A DNA stretch of 64,000 bases from Nitrosopumilus sp. (GTDB taxonomy: Archaea > Thermoproteota > Nitrososphaeria > Nitrososphaerales > Nitrosopumilaceae), in the NCBI GenBank assembly GCA_965204345.1, contig OZ241981.1, positions 1,568,001 to 1,632,000 of the forward strand. Reading direction: 5' to 3'. The notes below the pieces were generated by a model. It searched no databases and was not told the origin of the DNA. It was given only the letters and a program-made list of their open reading frames with translations. Within the stretch, counting starts at the first letter, position 1. Each line of letters begins with the position of its first letter. A program made the position numbers and the translations under genes. This document shows positions 20,436-30,436 of this stretch, piece after piece.

Positions 20436-20915
20436 CTAAAATGTCCATTTTTCACTTTGAAACATTCCTGTCAATTTCAAACTTTCAATACCGAATGTTC
20501 TTGAAACGTGAGGGATTCGATCAGTTTTGATATCATTTTCATCTGTAACTATAATTGGCTTTGAGCCTAAAATATTTGATTTCAAAGATCTTGCCAGTGC
20601 TATAAGAAAAGGATCTGCTGTTTCTCTTGTAGCATGAGGGCTTATCAACTTAGGATATTTATGTACTATTTCTTGTGCAAATTTGATTACATCTGAAGAA
20701 TTATCCAAAAACATTCTCTTATTTTCCTTACACCACTTTATCAAATCACCATCTCCTCCTTGTTCAATCTCTTTGAAAACTTGATTAGGTGCCAAAATGT
20801 TTTTGGCTTTAATCAAATCTTCAACGCTTCCCCATAAACTAGAAAATACTTTTTTTGGGTAATGCTGAGATAATAGTATCAGTGCACTTGCATCAACAAC
20901 ATAAATCGAGTTCAT
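20436..20915 (-). CDS. PIN-domain protein (DUF4411-like)
   Basis: YVVDASALI, VFKEI, ADPFLIALA, IVTDE, RIPHV: PIN acidic residues in a DUF4411-like layout. Confidence 0.85.
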   Translation of the reverse strand: MNSIYVVDASALILLSQHYPKKVFSSLWGSVEDLIKAKNILAPNQVFKEIEQGGDGDLIKWCKENKRMFLDNSSDVIKFAQEIVHKYPKLISPHATRETADPFLIALARSLKSNILGSKPIIVTDENDIKTDRIPHVSRTFGIESLKLTGMFQSEKWTF

Positions 20916-20921
20916 TCTTTA

Positions 20922-22100
20922 CTAAATTTTTGATTGAAGTTTATCAAAATATTTTACTTTCAAATTCAAATAGCTAATCATAGAATTTGTTGTAATCAGT
21001 TGTTTGTTTTTAGAATCAGAAACTAATCGGACATATTTTTTTCCCTTTTGATTGATGCATTTATCAGCCTGACTTATAGCTCCTCCTCCTTTTTTCTTAG
21101 GCTTTGAAGGAGATTCCCAAATAATCTTGCCATAGTATTCTAGATACATTTTCTTGTATGATTTATTTGCAGACAGGTTCAAAATTCTAACAATAGTTGC
21201 TTTTTTACTAGCTCTAAATTTTTTTGATAGATTTTCTACTATTCTTATGTCTTCGAATTTTTCTTCATTTGTTCTGAGTTCTCTTAAAAATTCTTTTTTA
21301 GGCATAAGTAATGAGCCGGCAAAAGCATTACACCATTTTTCAATTTGTTGTGTTTTATTTGAATTAGAATCAAAGTTTTCAGAATTAGGTAAGCAAATTC
21401 CGTCTTTTTTTAGTAAAACATGGGCATATTCATGAAGTAAAGTAAACGTTCTAGGTTTTACGTCATCTGCTGAATTTACTACTATTATTCTTGGAAATTG
21501 ATCAGTTAGTGAGAATCCACGTGCCTCAGTTATTGGCATATTTGATTGTAGAACAAAAATATTCATTGATTCTATTTTCTCTCTTAATTCACTATAGACT
21601 TGCTGAATTGGTTTTTTGGCGACTCTGCCATCATCTTTTTTTGTTTCAAATTCAAAATTCAACTTTCGTCGCTGATATAATGCAACCTCTTCAGGATCAT
21701 CTTTCAAGCTAACGTTTTCAACATCAGGTTCTTCCTCCATATTTTGAAGTTCGATTAATTCACGAGCAGTTGATTGAATATAACGTGCATTTCTTATTGC
21801 ATCTAGAGTTTTTTTAGAAAGTCTTTCATTTTCAAATCCAGCAATTTTTCTATAATCAGTTAACTTATCTTCTTTTGGAGGTTCTGGAAGAAAAAATACT
21901 GCCAAAGGTTTCTTGATATTAAATGCAATTTTTTCCAATTTTGATAATTCTATTGATGATGCTTTACTTTGCCATTGTGTGATTTGTTCTGGATCAATTT
22001 TGGTTTTTTGAGATAATTCCTTAATACTCCATCCAGTACTATCGATACTCCATTTTAGCACTTTGGGATTGATTTTAACAAGTGTTTTTTGATTCCTCAT
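20922..22100 (-). CDS. XRE-HTH plus ImmA/IrrE family metallo-endopeptidase
   Basis: N-terminal HTH (INPKVLKW...LEKIA...PLAVFFLPEPP), RGFSL, FTLLHEYAH zinc motif, EKWCNAFAGSLLMP. Confidence 0.9.
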   Translation of the reverse strand: MRNQKTLVKINPKVLKWSIDSTGWSIKELSQKTKIDPEQITQWQSKASSIELSKLEKIAFNIKKPLAVFFLPEPPKEDKLTDYRKIAGFENERLSKKTLDAIRNARYIQSTARELIELQNMEEEPDVENVSLKDDPEEVALYQRRKLNFEFETKKDDGRVAKKPIQQVYSELREKIESMNIFVLQSNMPITEARGFSLTDQFPRIIVVNSADDVKPRTFTLLHEYAHVLLKKDGICLPNSENFDSNSNKTQQIEKWCNAFAGSLLMPKKEFLRELRTNEEKFEDIRIVENLSKKFRASKKATIVRILNLSANKSYKKMYLEYYGKIIWESPSKPKKKGGGAISQADKCINQKGKKYVRLVSDSKNKQLITTNSMISYLNLKVKYFDKLQSKI

Positions 22101-22627
22101 CTTTTTGAATATTATTTTAATGGTATTAATTAATTATAGATTCCAAATGATTCTAAATATCAGACCATCTCTTACCATGAACGTATCGATTAATTCCATA
22201 AACTCTTTTTGCTTTATGTTGAGTACAGGCTCCTTTACAGACCATGATAAAATTATGCCAAAAAATACAATTTATGAATCTTGAACCATCAAACTTAATA
22301 ACTTTAAACATGGAAAAACTATGTCGACATCTCCTGAAAGGGAACTTTTGTAAGGTATCGCACCTTGCTAGGCTACTGGAAATGTCCTTGCGGACTTTTC
22401 AGTAGAGATTTAATTCAAAGCAAATCCTCTGATTGGAAATCTCTTGATTTTGGATTACTGTAAATTTACCATCCTAACGTAACAATAAACCAGCTGAATG
22501 TAACACTGGGTTTGAAATGGGAGAAATTTGTGAAATGTACCTAAAGATATACCAGTGTAAAATTAGCAACATAACTTGTCTGTCAAATTTTAACAACTCT
22601 TATTTTGGATATGGTTTGATGAATTGT

Positions 22628-23275
22628 ATGGAAATTACTGTTGATCAGATGTATAAAATTGAAAATAAAGGACATGATATGGGATTTTTTAAAAAATTCA
22701 TGATGGAAAATGCCGGTGCAGCATCTGTCAGGCAATTGACGAATAAATTTGAGACACTGGATTCAAAAAACATTCTGATTTTTGCTGGACTGGGAAATAA
22801 TGGCGGTGATGGGCTGGTAATGGCAAGACATCTGGCAGGCCATGGTGCCAAAGTCACAGTAATGCTTTTGGGCACTCCTGAAAAAATCAAAACCGAAGAA
22901 AGCAGCTGGAACTGGTCCATTTTGCAAAAAATGCCTTCTGTAAAGTTACTGACCGGAGATACCTTGGAGTTTGATTTTGCCCCTGATCTCATAATAGATG
23001 CAATACTTGGCACCGGCATCTCCGGAGATATCCGAGAGCCGTATGCATCTGCAATAAATTACATTAACCAGACCCCCTGCTACAAGTTTGCAGTGGATGT
23101 GCCTTCCGGGCTAGACCCCCAAACAGGAGAGGTTGCAAACATTTACTCAAAATGCGACATGACTGTAACTTTTCATAAGATAAAACAGGGCATTCCCAAA
23201 AGAAAAGACTTGACTGGCGAACTGTTTGTAGAAAAAATTGGAATTCCACCCGAAGCTGAAGAGGGCATTTTATGA
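22628..23275 (+). CDS. nnrE: NAD(P)H-hydrate epimerase (YjeF N-terminal domain)
   Basis: MMENAG, GLGNNGGDG, DAILGTG, AVDVPSG, TVTFH; ATG at 22628 preferred over 22517. Confidence 0.92.
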   Translation: MEITVDQMYKIENKGHDMGFFKKFMMENAGAASVRQLTNKFETLDSKNILIFAGLGNNGGDGLVMARHLAGHGAKVTVMLLGTPEKIKTEESSWNWSILQKMPSVKLLTGDTLEFDFAPDLIIDAILGTGISGDIREPYASAINYINQTPCYKFAVDVPSGLDPQTGEVANIYSKCDMTVTFHKIKQGIPKRKDLTGELFVEKIGIPPEAEEGIL

Positions 23276-23883
23276 AAGTGCATCAAATTCAGGTTGGAAG
23301 CATGCAAAATTTTTCCTATATTGTCGAAGACGAAGATACTAGCGAGGCAATCATAATTGATCCCTCTTGGGACTTGATGGAATTGGAAATGGTAATCAAA
23401 AAAAATGATCTAAAGATAAAGTACATTGTAAATACCCATCACCATTTTGATCATACTTTGGGAAATGAGGCCATGGTTGAATCCACCGGGGCCCCGGTAA
23501 TCCAGCATGAGTCATCTGAACTAAAACATGAAATTGCAGTAAAAGATGGAGATTTTATAGAATTTGGCAACAATTCAAAATTAAGAGTCCTTCACACACC
23601 TGGCCATTCCCAGGACAGTATTTGTCTGATTGGTGATGGGAAAATTTTCTCAGGTGACACCCTCTTTGTTGGAAACTGTGGCAGAATTGACCTGCCCGGA
23701 GGTAATGCAAAAGATCTCTATCATAGTCTTTTTGATGTTTTGTATAATTTAGATGAGAACTTGGTAATGTATCCGGGACACAACTATGGAAGCTCTGAGA
23801 TCTCTACACTTGGAGAAGAAAAAATGACTAATCATGTGATGCAAAGACGTACCGAGCAACAGTTTCTTGATATGATGGGCTGA
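23272..23883 (+). CDS. MBL-fold metallo-hydrolase (glyoxalase II family)
   Basis: THHHFDH, HTPGHS, SGDTLF, PGHNY. Confidence 0.92.
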   Translation: MKVHQIQVGSMQNFSYIVEDEDTSEAIIIDPSWDLMELEMVIKKNDLKIKYIVNTHHHFDHTLGNEAMVESTGAPVIQHESSELKHEIAVKDGDFIEFGNNSKLRVLHTPGHSQDSICLIGDGKIFSGDTLFVGNCGRIDLPGGNAKDLYHSLFDVLYNLDENLVMYPGHNYGSSEISTLGEEKMTNHVMQRRTEQQFLDMMG

Positions 23884-23890
23884 TAATCTT

Positions 23891-24949
23891 ATGGATAACC
23901 TTGAATTATTTGGAGACGCCAATAAATCCCAAAACTTTCTTGATGTCATAAAATCCAAAAGACTGCTCTTTTCATTTGTGACATCTTATACTGAAACCTG
24001 TGAAATTCCTGGAATTACTTTTGCAGGCGCAGACAAGGACTCTGTACAGTTCACTCCTCCTGCAGATGCAGAGTATCTTCATTATGGATATTGCAAGACA
24101 ATTGATAAGATTCCCATGACTCCTGACGGAAAGCCTACTCCTGGCGTACTGACTAAAACTGCATTGGAATCTGCAAGCATTCCCCATCTGACTATCAATG
24201 CCGGCAGCAAGATTCCTCCCCAGTTACCCTTTATTGAAACAGGACTCTCTTTTGGGAGGAATATCTCAATACAGCCTGCAATGACTGATTCACAGGTATC
24301 ACACGCAGTTGATTATGGGCGGATTGTTGGAAGAAACATGGCATCCCTTACTGACTGCCTGATAATTGGGGAGAGCATCCCTGGGGGGACAACCACTGCT
24401 TTGGCTGCGCTGCGTTCTCTTGGATTTGATGCTAAAGTTAGCTCTAGCATGCCTGATAATCCGACTGAGTTAAAAAACAAGATTGTTGATTCTGCCCTTA
24501 AAAGGGTTGACTCTGATCATCCCTATGGCATTATGGCAAAAGTTGGGGATCCCATGATTCCGTTTGTAGCAGGAATGCTAAGCTCAGCCTCTAGCGTGTG
24601 TAATGTTATGCTGGCCGGTGGCACTCAAATGGCTGCAGTATTGGCATTTGCATCCAAAATTGGATTCAATGAAGAAAAAACCGCCATTGGGACTACCTCT
24701 TATGTAACAGGTGATAAAAGTGCGAATTTTAAGGAACTTGTGCAAAAGATCGCCGACATCCCAATTATTGTGGTAAATCCCAAATTGGAGGATTCCAGAT
24801 ATTCGGGGCTAAGATCTTTCTCAGAAGGATTTGCCAAGGAGGGTGTTGGTGCCGGCGGAAGTATAATTTCCTCCATGCTCAAAACCGGCAATGATTCTAC
24901 AAAATTTTTGGAATTGGCAGAAAAAGAATACCGCAGACTGACTACTTGA
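23891..24949 (+). CDS. cobT: Archaeal-type nicotinate-nucleotide:dimethylbenzimidazole phosphoribosyltransferase
   Basis: TPPADAE, PTPGVLT, GESIPGGTTTA, LAGGTQM, KEGVGAGG. Confidence 0.85.
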   Translation: MDNLELFGDANKSQNFLDVIKSKRLLFSFVTSYTETCEIPGITFAGADKDSVQFTPPADAEYLHYGYCKTIDKIPMTPDGKPTPGVLTKTALESASIPHLTINAGSKIPPQLPFIETGLSFGRNISIQPAMTDSQVSHAVDYGRIVGRNMASLTDCLIIGESIPGGTTTALAALRSLGFDAKVSSSMPDNPTELKNKIVDSALKRVDSDHPYGIMAKVGDPMIPFVAGMLSSASSVCNVMLAGGTQMAAVLAFASKIGFNEEKTAIGTTSYVTGDKSANFKELVQKIADIPIIVVNPKLEDSRYSGLRSFSEGFAKEGVGAGGSIISSMLKTGNDSTKFLELAEKEYRRLTT

Positions 24950-26702
24950 CTGTGACTGATTTTGCCAAATTTCTGGGATAATCCGGGTCTGTCTCTTTTT
25001 CAAGAGCTGCATAATATGACAGCAGCTGTATTGGAACAATCTCTGAAATTGGATATGATGTTTCATTTGAAATGGGGATTTTTATCCAAAAATCGTACAC
25101 GTCACTTTCAATATCTGAAATTCCTATAATCTTGGCACCGCGTGCTTTGATTTCCCTAGCACTCGTTAGTGTGTCTGAGTATGTTGAGTCATTTGGATTG
25201 ATAATTATCACAAATACGTTTGAGTCCATGAGTGCAAGAGGGCCGTGCTTTAACTCCCCTCCCGGAATGCCTTCTGCATGAATGTACGTAAGCTCCTTTA
25301 GTTTTAGTGATGCCTCTAATGCAATTGGATAGTTTATGCCCCTGCCTAGGACATAAATGTCTGAAATATTTTTTAACCTGCCTGCTATCCTTTGAGTTTT
25401 TTCTGCGTCTTCTAATGATTCTGAAACATACTTTGAAATCATTTCAAAATCTATTTCTATCTTATCACCACATAGCCTCTGTATGATTTTGTAGAGTATT
25501 ACCAGCTGTGAAGTAAAGCTCTTTGTTGCTGCAACTCCTATTTCCGGCCCGCAGTTCATGCCTATTACTATGTCTGCCTCCCGTGATAATGACGATGTTA
25601 GTAAATTAACAATGGCTATGACTTTACAGCTTGCCTTTTTTGCAATCTTTACTGCCTCTAAAACGTCTGCACTTTCCCCACTCTGGGATATGGCAACGAT
25701 GACGGAATTATCCTCAATCACATCTGGCGTAAACTGAAGTTCACTTGACATGATTGGCTCTGCCTTAATTTTGGCATATTTTGATAGGATTTGTTTTGCA
25801 ATTAACGCTGAATTGTAGCTGGTTCCACTTCCTGTTATGTAGATATTTTTTGCATCTCTTATGAGAGCCGCTGTCTTTTTGATTGCCTCTGATGTTTTTA
25901 CCCCTGCCTTTAACACCGTCTCAGGCTGCTCGTAAATCTCTTTTAGTGTAAAGTGTGCATAATCTCCCTTGTATGCGTCTCCGAACTCCTTTGATACCTT
26001 TGTAATTCCATACTTTGCACGCTCCCCATGAAAATCCAGGATTTGAAACTTGTTTTTATCCAAAATTACAAAATTGCCATTTTCTAAATATATTGCATCA
26101 TCTGTATACTCAATAAATCCTAAAATGTCACTTGACAAAAAGAAATCGCCCTGGCCGATTCCAATTATTAATGGCTTGTGAAACCTTGCCGCTGCAAGCT
26201 GGCCGTTTTCAAACATTGCAACAAAAGCATACTGTCCCTTTATTTGTGACACTGTTTTTAAGATCGCCTCTTTGACAGTCTTTGTTATCTCATAGTGCTT
26301 TTGAAGCAGGTTTGCAATAATTTCACTATCTGTCTCACTCTTGAAACTGTATCCCTCTTCTTGCAGTTCTTTTCTTAACTCTTCAAAATTCTCTATTATT
26401 CCATTATGTACAATTGCAATTTTTCCTGAGTTGCTTGGATGCGGATGCGCGTTAAAATCTGTAATTTTCCCATGTGTTGCCCATCTGGTATGGCCTATTC
26501 CTGTTTTTCCTGGAAGCATGTCTAGCTGAATCTCTGAATTTACCTCGTTTACCTTTCCAATCCCTTTTTTTAATTCAATTTGACTGTTTGATTCAGTTGC
26601 AACGCCTACGCTATCGTATCCCCTATACTCCATTCTTTTGAGCCCTTTGACCAAAATTGGTGCTGCCGGCTCGTCTCCACAATAGCCAATTATTGAACAC
26701 AT
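24942..26702 (-). CDS. glmS: Glutamine-fructose-6-phosphate transaminase (isomerizing)
   Basis: N-terminal Cys, EYRGYDS, GHTRWATHG, HNGIIEN, SQSGE, KHGPLAL, PRNLAKSVTV. Confidence 0.97.
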   Translation of the reverse strand: MCSIIGYCGDEPAAPILVKGLKRMEYRGYDSVGVATESNSQIELKKGIGKVNEVNSEIQLDMLPGKTGIGHTRWATHGKITDFNAHPHPSNSGKIAIVHNGIIENFEELRKELQEEGYSFKSETDSEIIANLLQKHYEITKTVKEAILKTVSQIKGQYAFVAMFENGQLAAARFHKPLIIGIGQGDFFLSSDILGFIEYTDDAIYLENGNFVILDKNKFQILDFHGERAKYGITKVSKEFGDAYKGDYAHFTLKEIYEQPETVLKAGVKTSEAIKKTAALIRDAKNIYITGSGTSYNSALIAKQILSKYAKIKAEPIMSSELQFTPDVIEDNSVIVAISQSGESADVLEAVKIAKKASCKVIAIVNLLTSSLSREADIVIGMNCGPEIGVAATKSFTSQLVILYKIIQRLCGDKIEIDFEMISKYVSESLEDAEKTQRIAGRLKNISDIYVLGRGINYPIALEASLKLKELTYIHAEGIPGGELKHGPLALMDSNVFVIIINPNDSTYSDTLTSAREIKARGAKIIGISDIESDVYDFWIKIPISNETSYPISEIVPIQLLSYYAALEKETDPDYPRNLAKSVTVK

Positions 26703-26776
26703 GAATGTATTATCTGATAAAAGGGGTTATTTACTAATATGTATCGCAGAAAGGCGCCAGGCGGTTAAATATATCA

Positions 26777-27640
26777 TTGGCATTACTCTGTTATGATATG
26801 TTGACACTCCTAGATGCCACCTCCCCCCTGGTCATTCTTTGGGCTAATGGCACAATCCATACTAGCAAAAGTTCCAAAAAATACCTAAAATTATTGGATC
26901 TGAGTTCTGGCAAGGCACTGCTGTCACAGTGCAATCAGATATGGCCACACTATGGCGAGGTGATTAAAAACAGAAAAAAATGTATCTTAAATTTGATTCT
27001 TGATAATATTCTAAGAAAAAAAATTACACAAGTGGCAGTCCTTGGCAGTGGTCTGGACGCCCTATCCTTGGAGATTGCATCAAGGGTAAAGGGTGTCACA
27101 GTTTATGAAACGGATGCAACACAGATGGATCTTAAGCGCAGTCTCATAAAACAGGCAGACCCTAAACTCTGTAATTCAATCAAGTGCATAACATCTGATC
27201 TAACAGATACCCAAAAGACCCTTGATGACCTAGTTGAGAATGGATGGGATGGCAGCAAGCCATCAGTTCTGATATTTGAGGGAATATCTTATTTTTTGAC
27301 AGAGAAGAATTTGTGGAACCTAATTGGAATGTTTAAAACAAAGAATCAACAAAATGTACTGCTCTTGGAATATCTTTTGGATGCTAGCCTAGTCTCCAAA
27401 GACAGATCAAAGATAAGCGGACAGGTCTTTGATGCAATTCAAAAGGGCACTGGTCTTGGCAACACAACTCTGGTTACTAGATACATGCGGGATCAAATAG
27501 AGTGCAATCTTGAGAAATTTGGCGGGCGTGTGACTCTGCAGTACACTATGAAAGATATGGAAAAAGACAGGGTTGGACATAATATACATTTTAAGACAAG
27601 TAAGAGTGGCTGGATTGAGATATGCCAAATCTCAATTTGA
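26777..27640 (+). CDS. Class I SAM-dependent methyltransferase (leucine carboxyl methyltransferase-like)
   Basis: QVAVLGSGLD, YETD, SDL, LIFEGISYFL; the start may be the ATG at 26798. Confidence 0.8.
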   Translation: MALLCYDMLTLLDATSPLVILWANGTIHTSKSSKKYLKLLDLSSGKALLSQCNQIWPHYGEVIKNRKKCILNLILDNILRKKITQVAVLGSGLDALSLEIASRVKGVTVYETDATQMDLKRSLIKQADPKLCNSIKCITSDLTDTQKTLDDLVENGWDGSKPSVLIFEGISYFLTEKNLWNLIGMFKTKNQQNVLLLEYLLDASLVSKDRSKISGQVFDAIQKGTGLGNTTLVTRYMRDQIECNLEKFGGRVTLQYTMKDMEKDRVGHNIHFKTSKSGWIEICQISI

Positions 27641-27958
27641 CTGTCTTACCTGCACGGATTGAAATTCTTAAGGGATTGGCATCTGAGATGCCTGGCATCT
27701 GTCATATAATCAAGATTAATGCAATCATAATGCAAATGAGTTTAATCAATGATTGATTTGGATTCTAAACAATTTGTTGTGCTGTCTTTTTGGATCTGAC
27801 TCATGTCTTGAAAGAATGTGACTCTGATTGGCTAAATTGTCGTTGCTGTTCTGTTATTGACCTGTTTCTGAACCCAAACTAGCTGTTTTCATCTTTTTTT
27901 TGGACAAAAATCTGTTTCAGATAATCTGTATGACCCTTTACAAGCCATTTTTTTTCAA

Positions 27959-28531
27959 TTATTTGGCCGAAGAATCTTCTTCTTTAGCTGCCTTTTCAAC
28001 AGGATCTTCTTCCCCTCCAGGTTTTAGTTGATCTTGCTCTAACATTGTTGGAATCTTTGATTCTGGAGTAAAATGAATGCTGTTTTCTTCTTCTACTGTA
28101 ACAGTATATGATGGAATATTGATTTTTCTCTCTCCAATCATAATGTGACCATGAATAACAGCCTGTCTTGCTTGATATGGTGTCTTAAATCCAAATTTCC
28201 TTGAAACCATGGTCTGTAATCTTCTTGAAAGCAGGTCTTCTGCATTTAAGTTCAATACATCATCTAATGTTGCATCTTCGCTCACTAGTCCAATTCGTGC
28301 AAGTGATTTCATTAGTATCGGTTCCTTTTCTGCTCTAACCTCTTGTCTTAATGCAAGCAATGATCTTGCCTGATGTCTTACCCGTGATAATTCAGTATGA
28401 GCTTTCCATAATTCTTTTTTGGTTCTTAATCCAAACGTGCCCAGAATTTTTAATTCATCCATTTTTAATTCATAATTAAGAGGCCTCTTTGGTTTTCTCC
28501 AAATCTTACGTGGATATTTTGGATCACCCAT
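27959..28531 (-). CDS. rps4: 30S ribosomal protein S4 (uS4)
   Basis: MGDPKYPRK, FGLRTKKELW, RRLQT, QARQAVIHGHI. Confidence 0.96.
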   Translation of the reverse strand: MGDPKYPRKIWRKPKRPLNYELKMDELKILGTFGLRTKKELWKAHTELSRVRHQARSLLALRQEVRAEKEPILMKSLARIGLVSEDATLDDVLNLNAEDLLSRRLQTMVSRKFGFKTPYQARQAVIHGHIMIGERKINIPSYTVTVEEENSIHFTPESKIPTMLEQDQLKPGGEEDPVEKAAKEEDSSAK

Positions 28532-28540
28532 TCATAACAC

Positions 28541-29137
28541 CTATTCTTTCTTCTCCTCTGCTCCTGCTGCTGCTGCTGCCGGAGCTGGTGTTTCAGCTGC
28601 TGGTGCTGCTTCTCCTTCTGCCGGTGCTGCCGCTGCTGCTGCCGGAGCTCCTGCGCCACCCTTCTTGACTGGTGCTGCAAGTCCTCCTTTTGCAACTCCT
28701 ACTGCGCCGCCCTTTCTGCCTGAGGTTCTGGTTCTTTGTCCCCTAACTTTAAGACCGCTTAGATGGCGATAACCTCTCCAGCTGGCTGTAATTCTTTCCC
28801 TTTCAATATCATTTCTCAATGTAAATGGAATATCTGATGTTAACAAATGCAAATCCTTTCCGGTTTCAATATCTTTTCTTCTATTGAGGAACCATGCTGG
28901 AAAGTCTCCTCCAATTGGATCTGTAATTAGTTTTTCAATTGCCTGAACATTATCCTCTGTAAGATTGCCTATGTTGGAGTTGGAATCAATTTTTAGTGTA
29001 TCTAGGATTGCTGTGGCAAAATTATAGCCTATTCCTTTAATTTGGGTTAAACCCACTATTGTTTTCTTTTCCCCTTTGATATCGTTTCCAACGATCCTCA
29101 CAATGTGCCTATATTCTTGTGCGCTCAAGTATTCCAA
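28541..29137 (-). CDS. rps13: 30S ribosomal protein S13 (uS13) with Ala/Pro-rich C-terminal extension
   Basis: [44 protein letters not shown]. Confidence 0.96.
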   Translation of the reverse strand: MEYLSAQEYRHIVRIVGNDIKGEKKTIVGLTQIKGIGYNFATAILDTLKIDSNSNIGNLTEDNVQAIEKLITDPIGGDFPAWFLNRRKDIETGKDLHLLTSDIPFTLRNDIERERITASWRGYRHLSGLKVRGQRTRTSGRKGGAVGVAKGGLAAPVKKGGAGAPAAAAAAPAEGEAAPAAETPAPAAAAAGAEEKKE

Positions 29138-29255
29138 AATTCAAAGAATCCCCGATAAAAACCATGCTAGGCACCAAACCAGCTGTTTTTTGAATTATTT
29201 GACTTTAATTTTGGTTTATAGATTATGCCTAATGTTGAGAAATTTTTGAATCTGA

Positions 29256-29408
29256 CTATCTAAAGTCTTCATCATCAGTCCAGTCATTGCCCTGAACATT
29301 CCATTGGCTGCATTTACAGCACTTTTTGATTCCCCTTTGGGCATCAATATCAACACAGAAACAGTGTATTCCTCTTCCTGATGGATCCTTGCTGCATAAT
29401 TTTTGCAT
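29256..29408 (-). CDS. Small Cys-rich protein (50 aa), not in the supplied ORF track
   Basis: Manual translation: MQKLCSKDPSGRGIHCFCVDIDAQRGIKKCCKCSQWNVQGNDWTDDEDFR*. Confidence 0.55.
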   Translation of the reverse strand: MQKLCSKDPSGRGIHCFCVDIDAQRGIKKCCKCSQWNVQGNDWTDDEDFR

Positions 29409-29492
29409 GTTTTTATCATTTTCTTTTTCCTAATTATCTTATTGGCAAAACCTGCTCAAAAAGTTATAACTCTCAAAATTCTCTACAATATT

Positions 29493-29804
29493 GTGAGTGA
29501 AACCTTTGATCGTGAAAAAGTCATAGAATGCATGTTTGATCCTACGACTTCATCCATTTTGGCAGAGCTCGAAGATGGGGAAAAAGACTGCTCATATTTA
29601 GCCGAGCAATCCTCAGTTTCAGAATCCGAAGTCCTTGAAAGATTATCGTACCTGATTGAGCATAAGTTTATTTTAAAGAATTCTGATGGTGACAAGTGCA
29701 CTTTGTCTGCCAACCCTCAAAAGTTATCAAGCATCATTGAAGATGGAGATAATTTTGATGCCACTATCAATGGATTGGAAAAAATGGACAGCTATCTAAA
29801 CTAG
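29493..29804 (+). CDS. Winged helix-turn-helix (ArsR-like) protein
   Basis: FDPTTSSILAELEDGEKDCSYLAEQ...ERLSYLIEHKFI; GTG start at 29493 preferred. Confidence 0.7.
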   Translation: MSETFDREKVIECMFDPTTSSILAELEDGEKDCSYLAEQSSVSESEVLERLSYLIEHKFILKNSDGDKCTLSANPQKLSSIIEDGDNFDATINGLEKMDSYLN

Positions 29805-30302
29805 TTTTTTCCTGTTTTTAATCCCTAGCACCGCTGCAACTAGCAATCCTATCATTCCTACAATGATAATGGATAAAGCAATGATTGACAGGATTAGTTT
29901 TTTGTTGGCATCTGGCAATGGTCCTATTGCCCCTGTAACATAGATTTCATCATCACTTGAACTTTCAATAATCAGCTGATATGTTCCGGTTTCAAATACA
30001 TCAAACTCTTTTTCAAAATTTTCTTCGCCAATCCTTTGGGATACAATTTCAATACTTGACGGGTCTAAAATTTTTGCCGATATTGCGTTCTCTTTGAATT
30101 CCATTACCTGAACTGCAAAGATTCCCACCGGAGTCTCGTCCTTGCTCATTTCTACTGGGATTGTGACTGTCTCTACAGAGTTTACTCTTCCGTTTCCCTG
30201 ACTAATTCCCTCTAGTGTTATCTGATTTTCAACTACTGATACTGCTAATCCTGACACAATTAGCAACCCAAAAATTATTATGACCAGTCCTGACTTTTGC
30301 AC
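29796..30302 (-). CDS. Hypothetical membrane protein (N- and C-terminal TM helices)
   Basis: Hydrophobic ends flanking a beta-rich soluble domain. Confidence 0.75.
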   Translation of the reverse strand: MQKSGLVIIIFGLLIVSGLAVSVVENQITLEGISQGNGRVNSVETVTIPVEMSKDETPVGIFAVQVMEFKENAISAKILDPSSIEIVSQRIGEENFEKEFDVFETGTYQLIIESSSDDEIYVTGAIGPLPDANKKLILSIIALSIIIVGMIGLLVAAVLGIKNRKKLV

Positions 30303-30321
30303 AGATTTTGATTCATTATCT

Positions 30322-30403
30322 TTAGTTTAAACCTAATTTTTTTCAAACCTTTTGTATTTTTCATAAAAAGTTAGATTGAACTAAGAAAGTTAGCTTGGGG
30401 TAA
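30322..30403. promoter_or_regulatory. Putative DtxR/MntR-type metal-regulator boxes upstream of the MCO-ZIP operon
   Basis: TTAG-N7-CTAA (30322-30336), TTAG-N6-CTAA (30371-30384) and a repeated AAGTTAG, directly before TATA-like TTTAAATA. Confidence 0.45.
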
Positions 30404-30436
30404 ATTTAAATAAAGATCTCAATTTTTTGACATATC

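Noticed and set aside
22373-22405. Hammerhead ribozyme on the minus strand (CTGAAAA-GTCC-GCAA-GGAC)
   Set aside because: The core needs CUGANGA and GAAA after stem II; here it is CUGAAAA and AUUU, and those bases pair into a plain hairpin.
26703-26776. glmS ribozyme
   Set aside because: The spacer is only ~75 bp, has no matching structure, and that ribozyme is bacterial.
29216-29419. 67-aa ORF from the supplied track
   Set aside because: The overlapping alternative frame (29256-29408) gives a more protein-like Cys-motif peptide.
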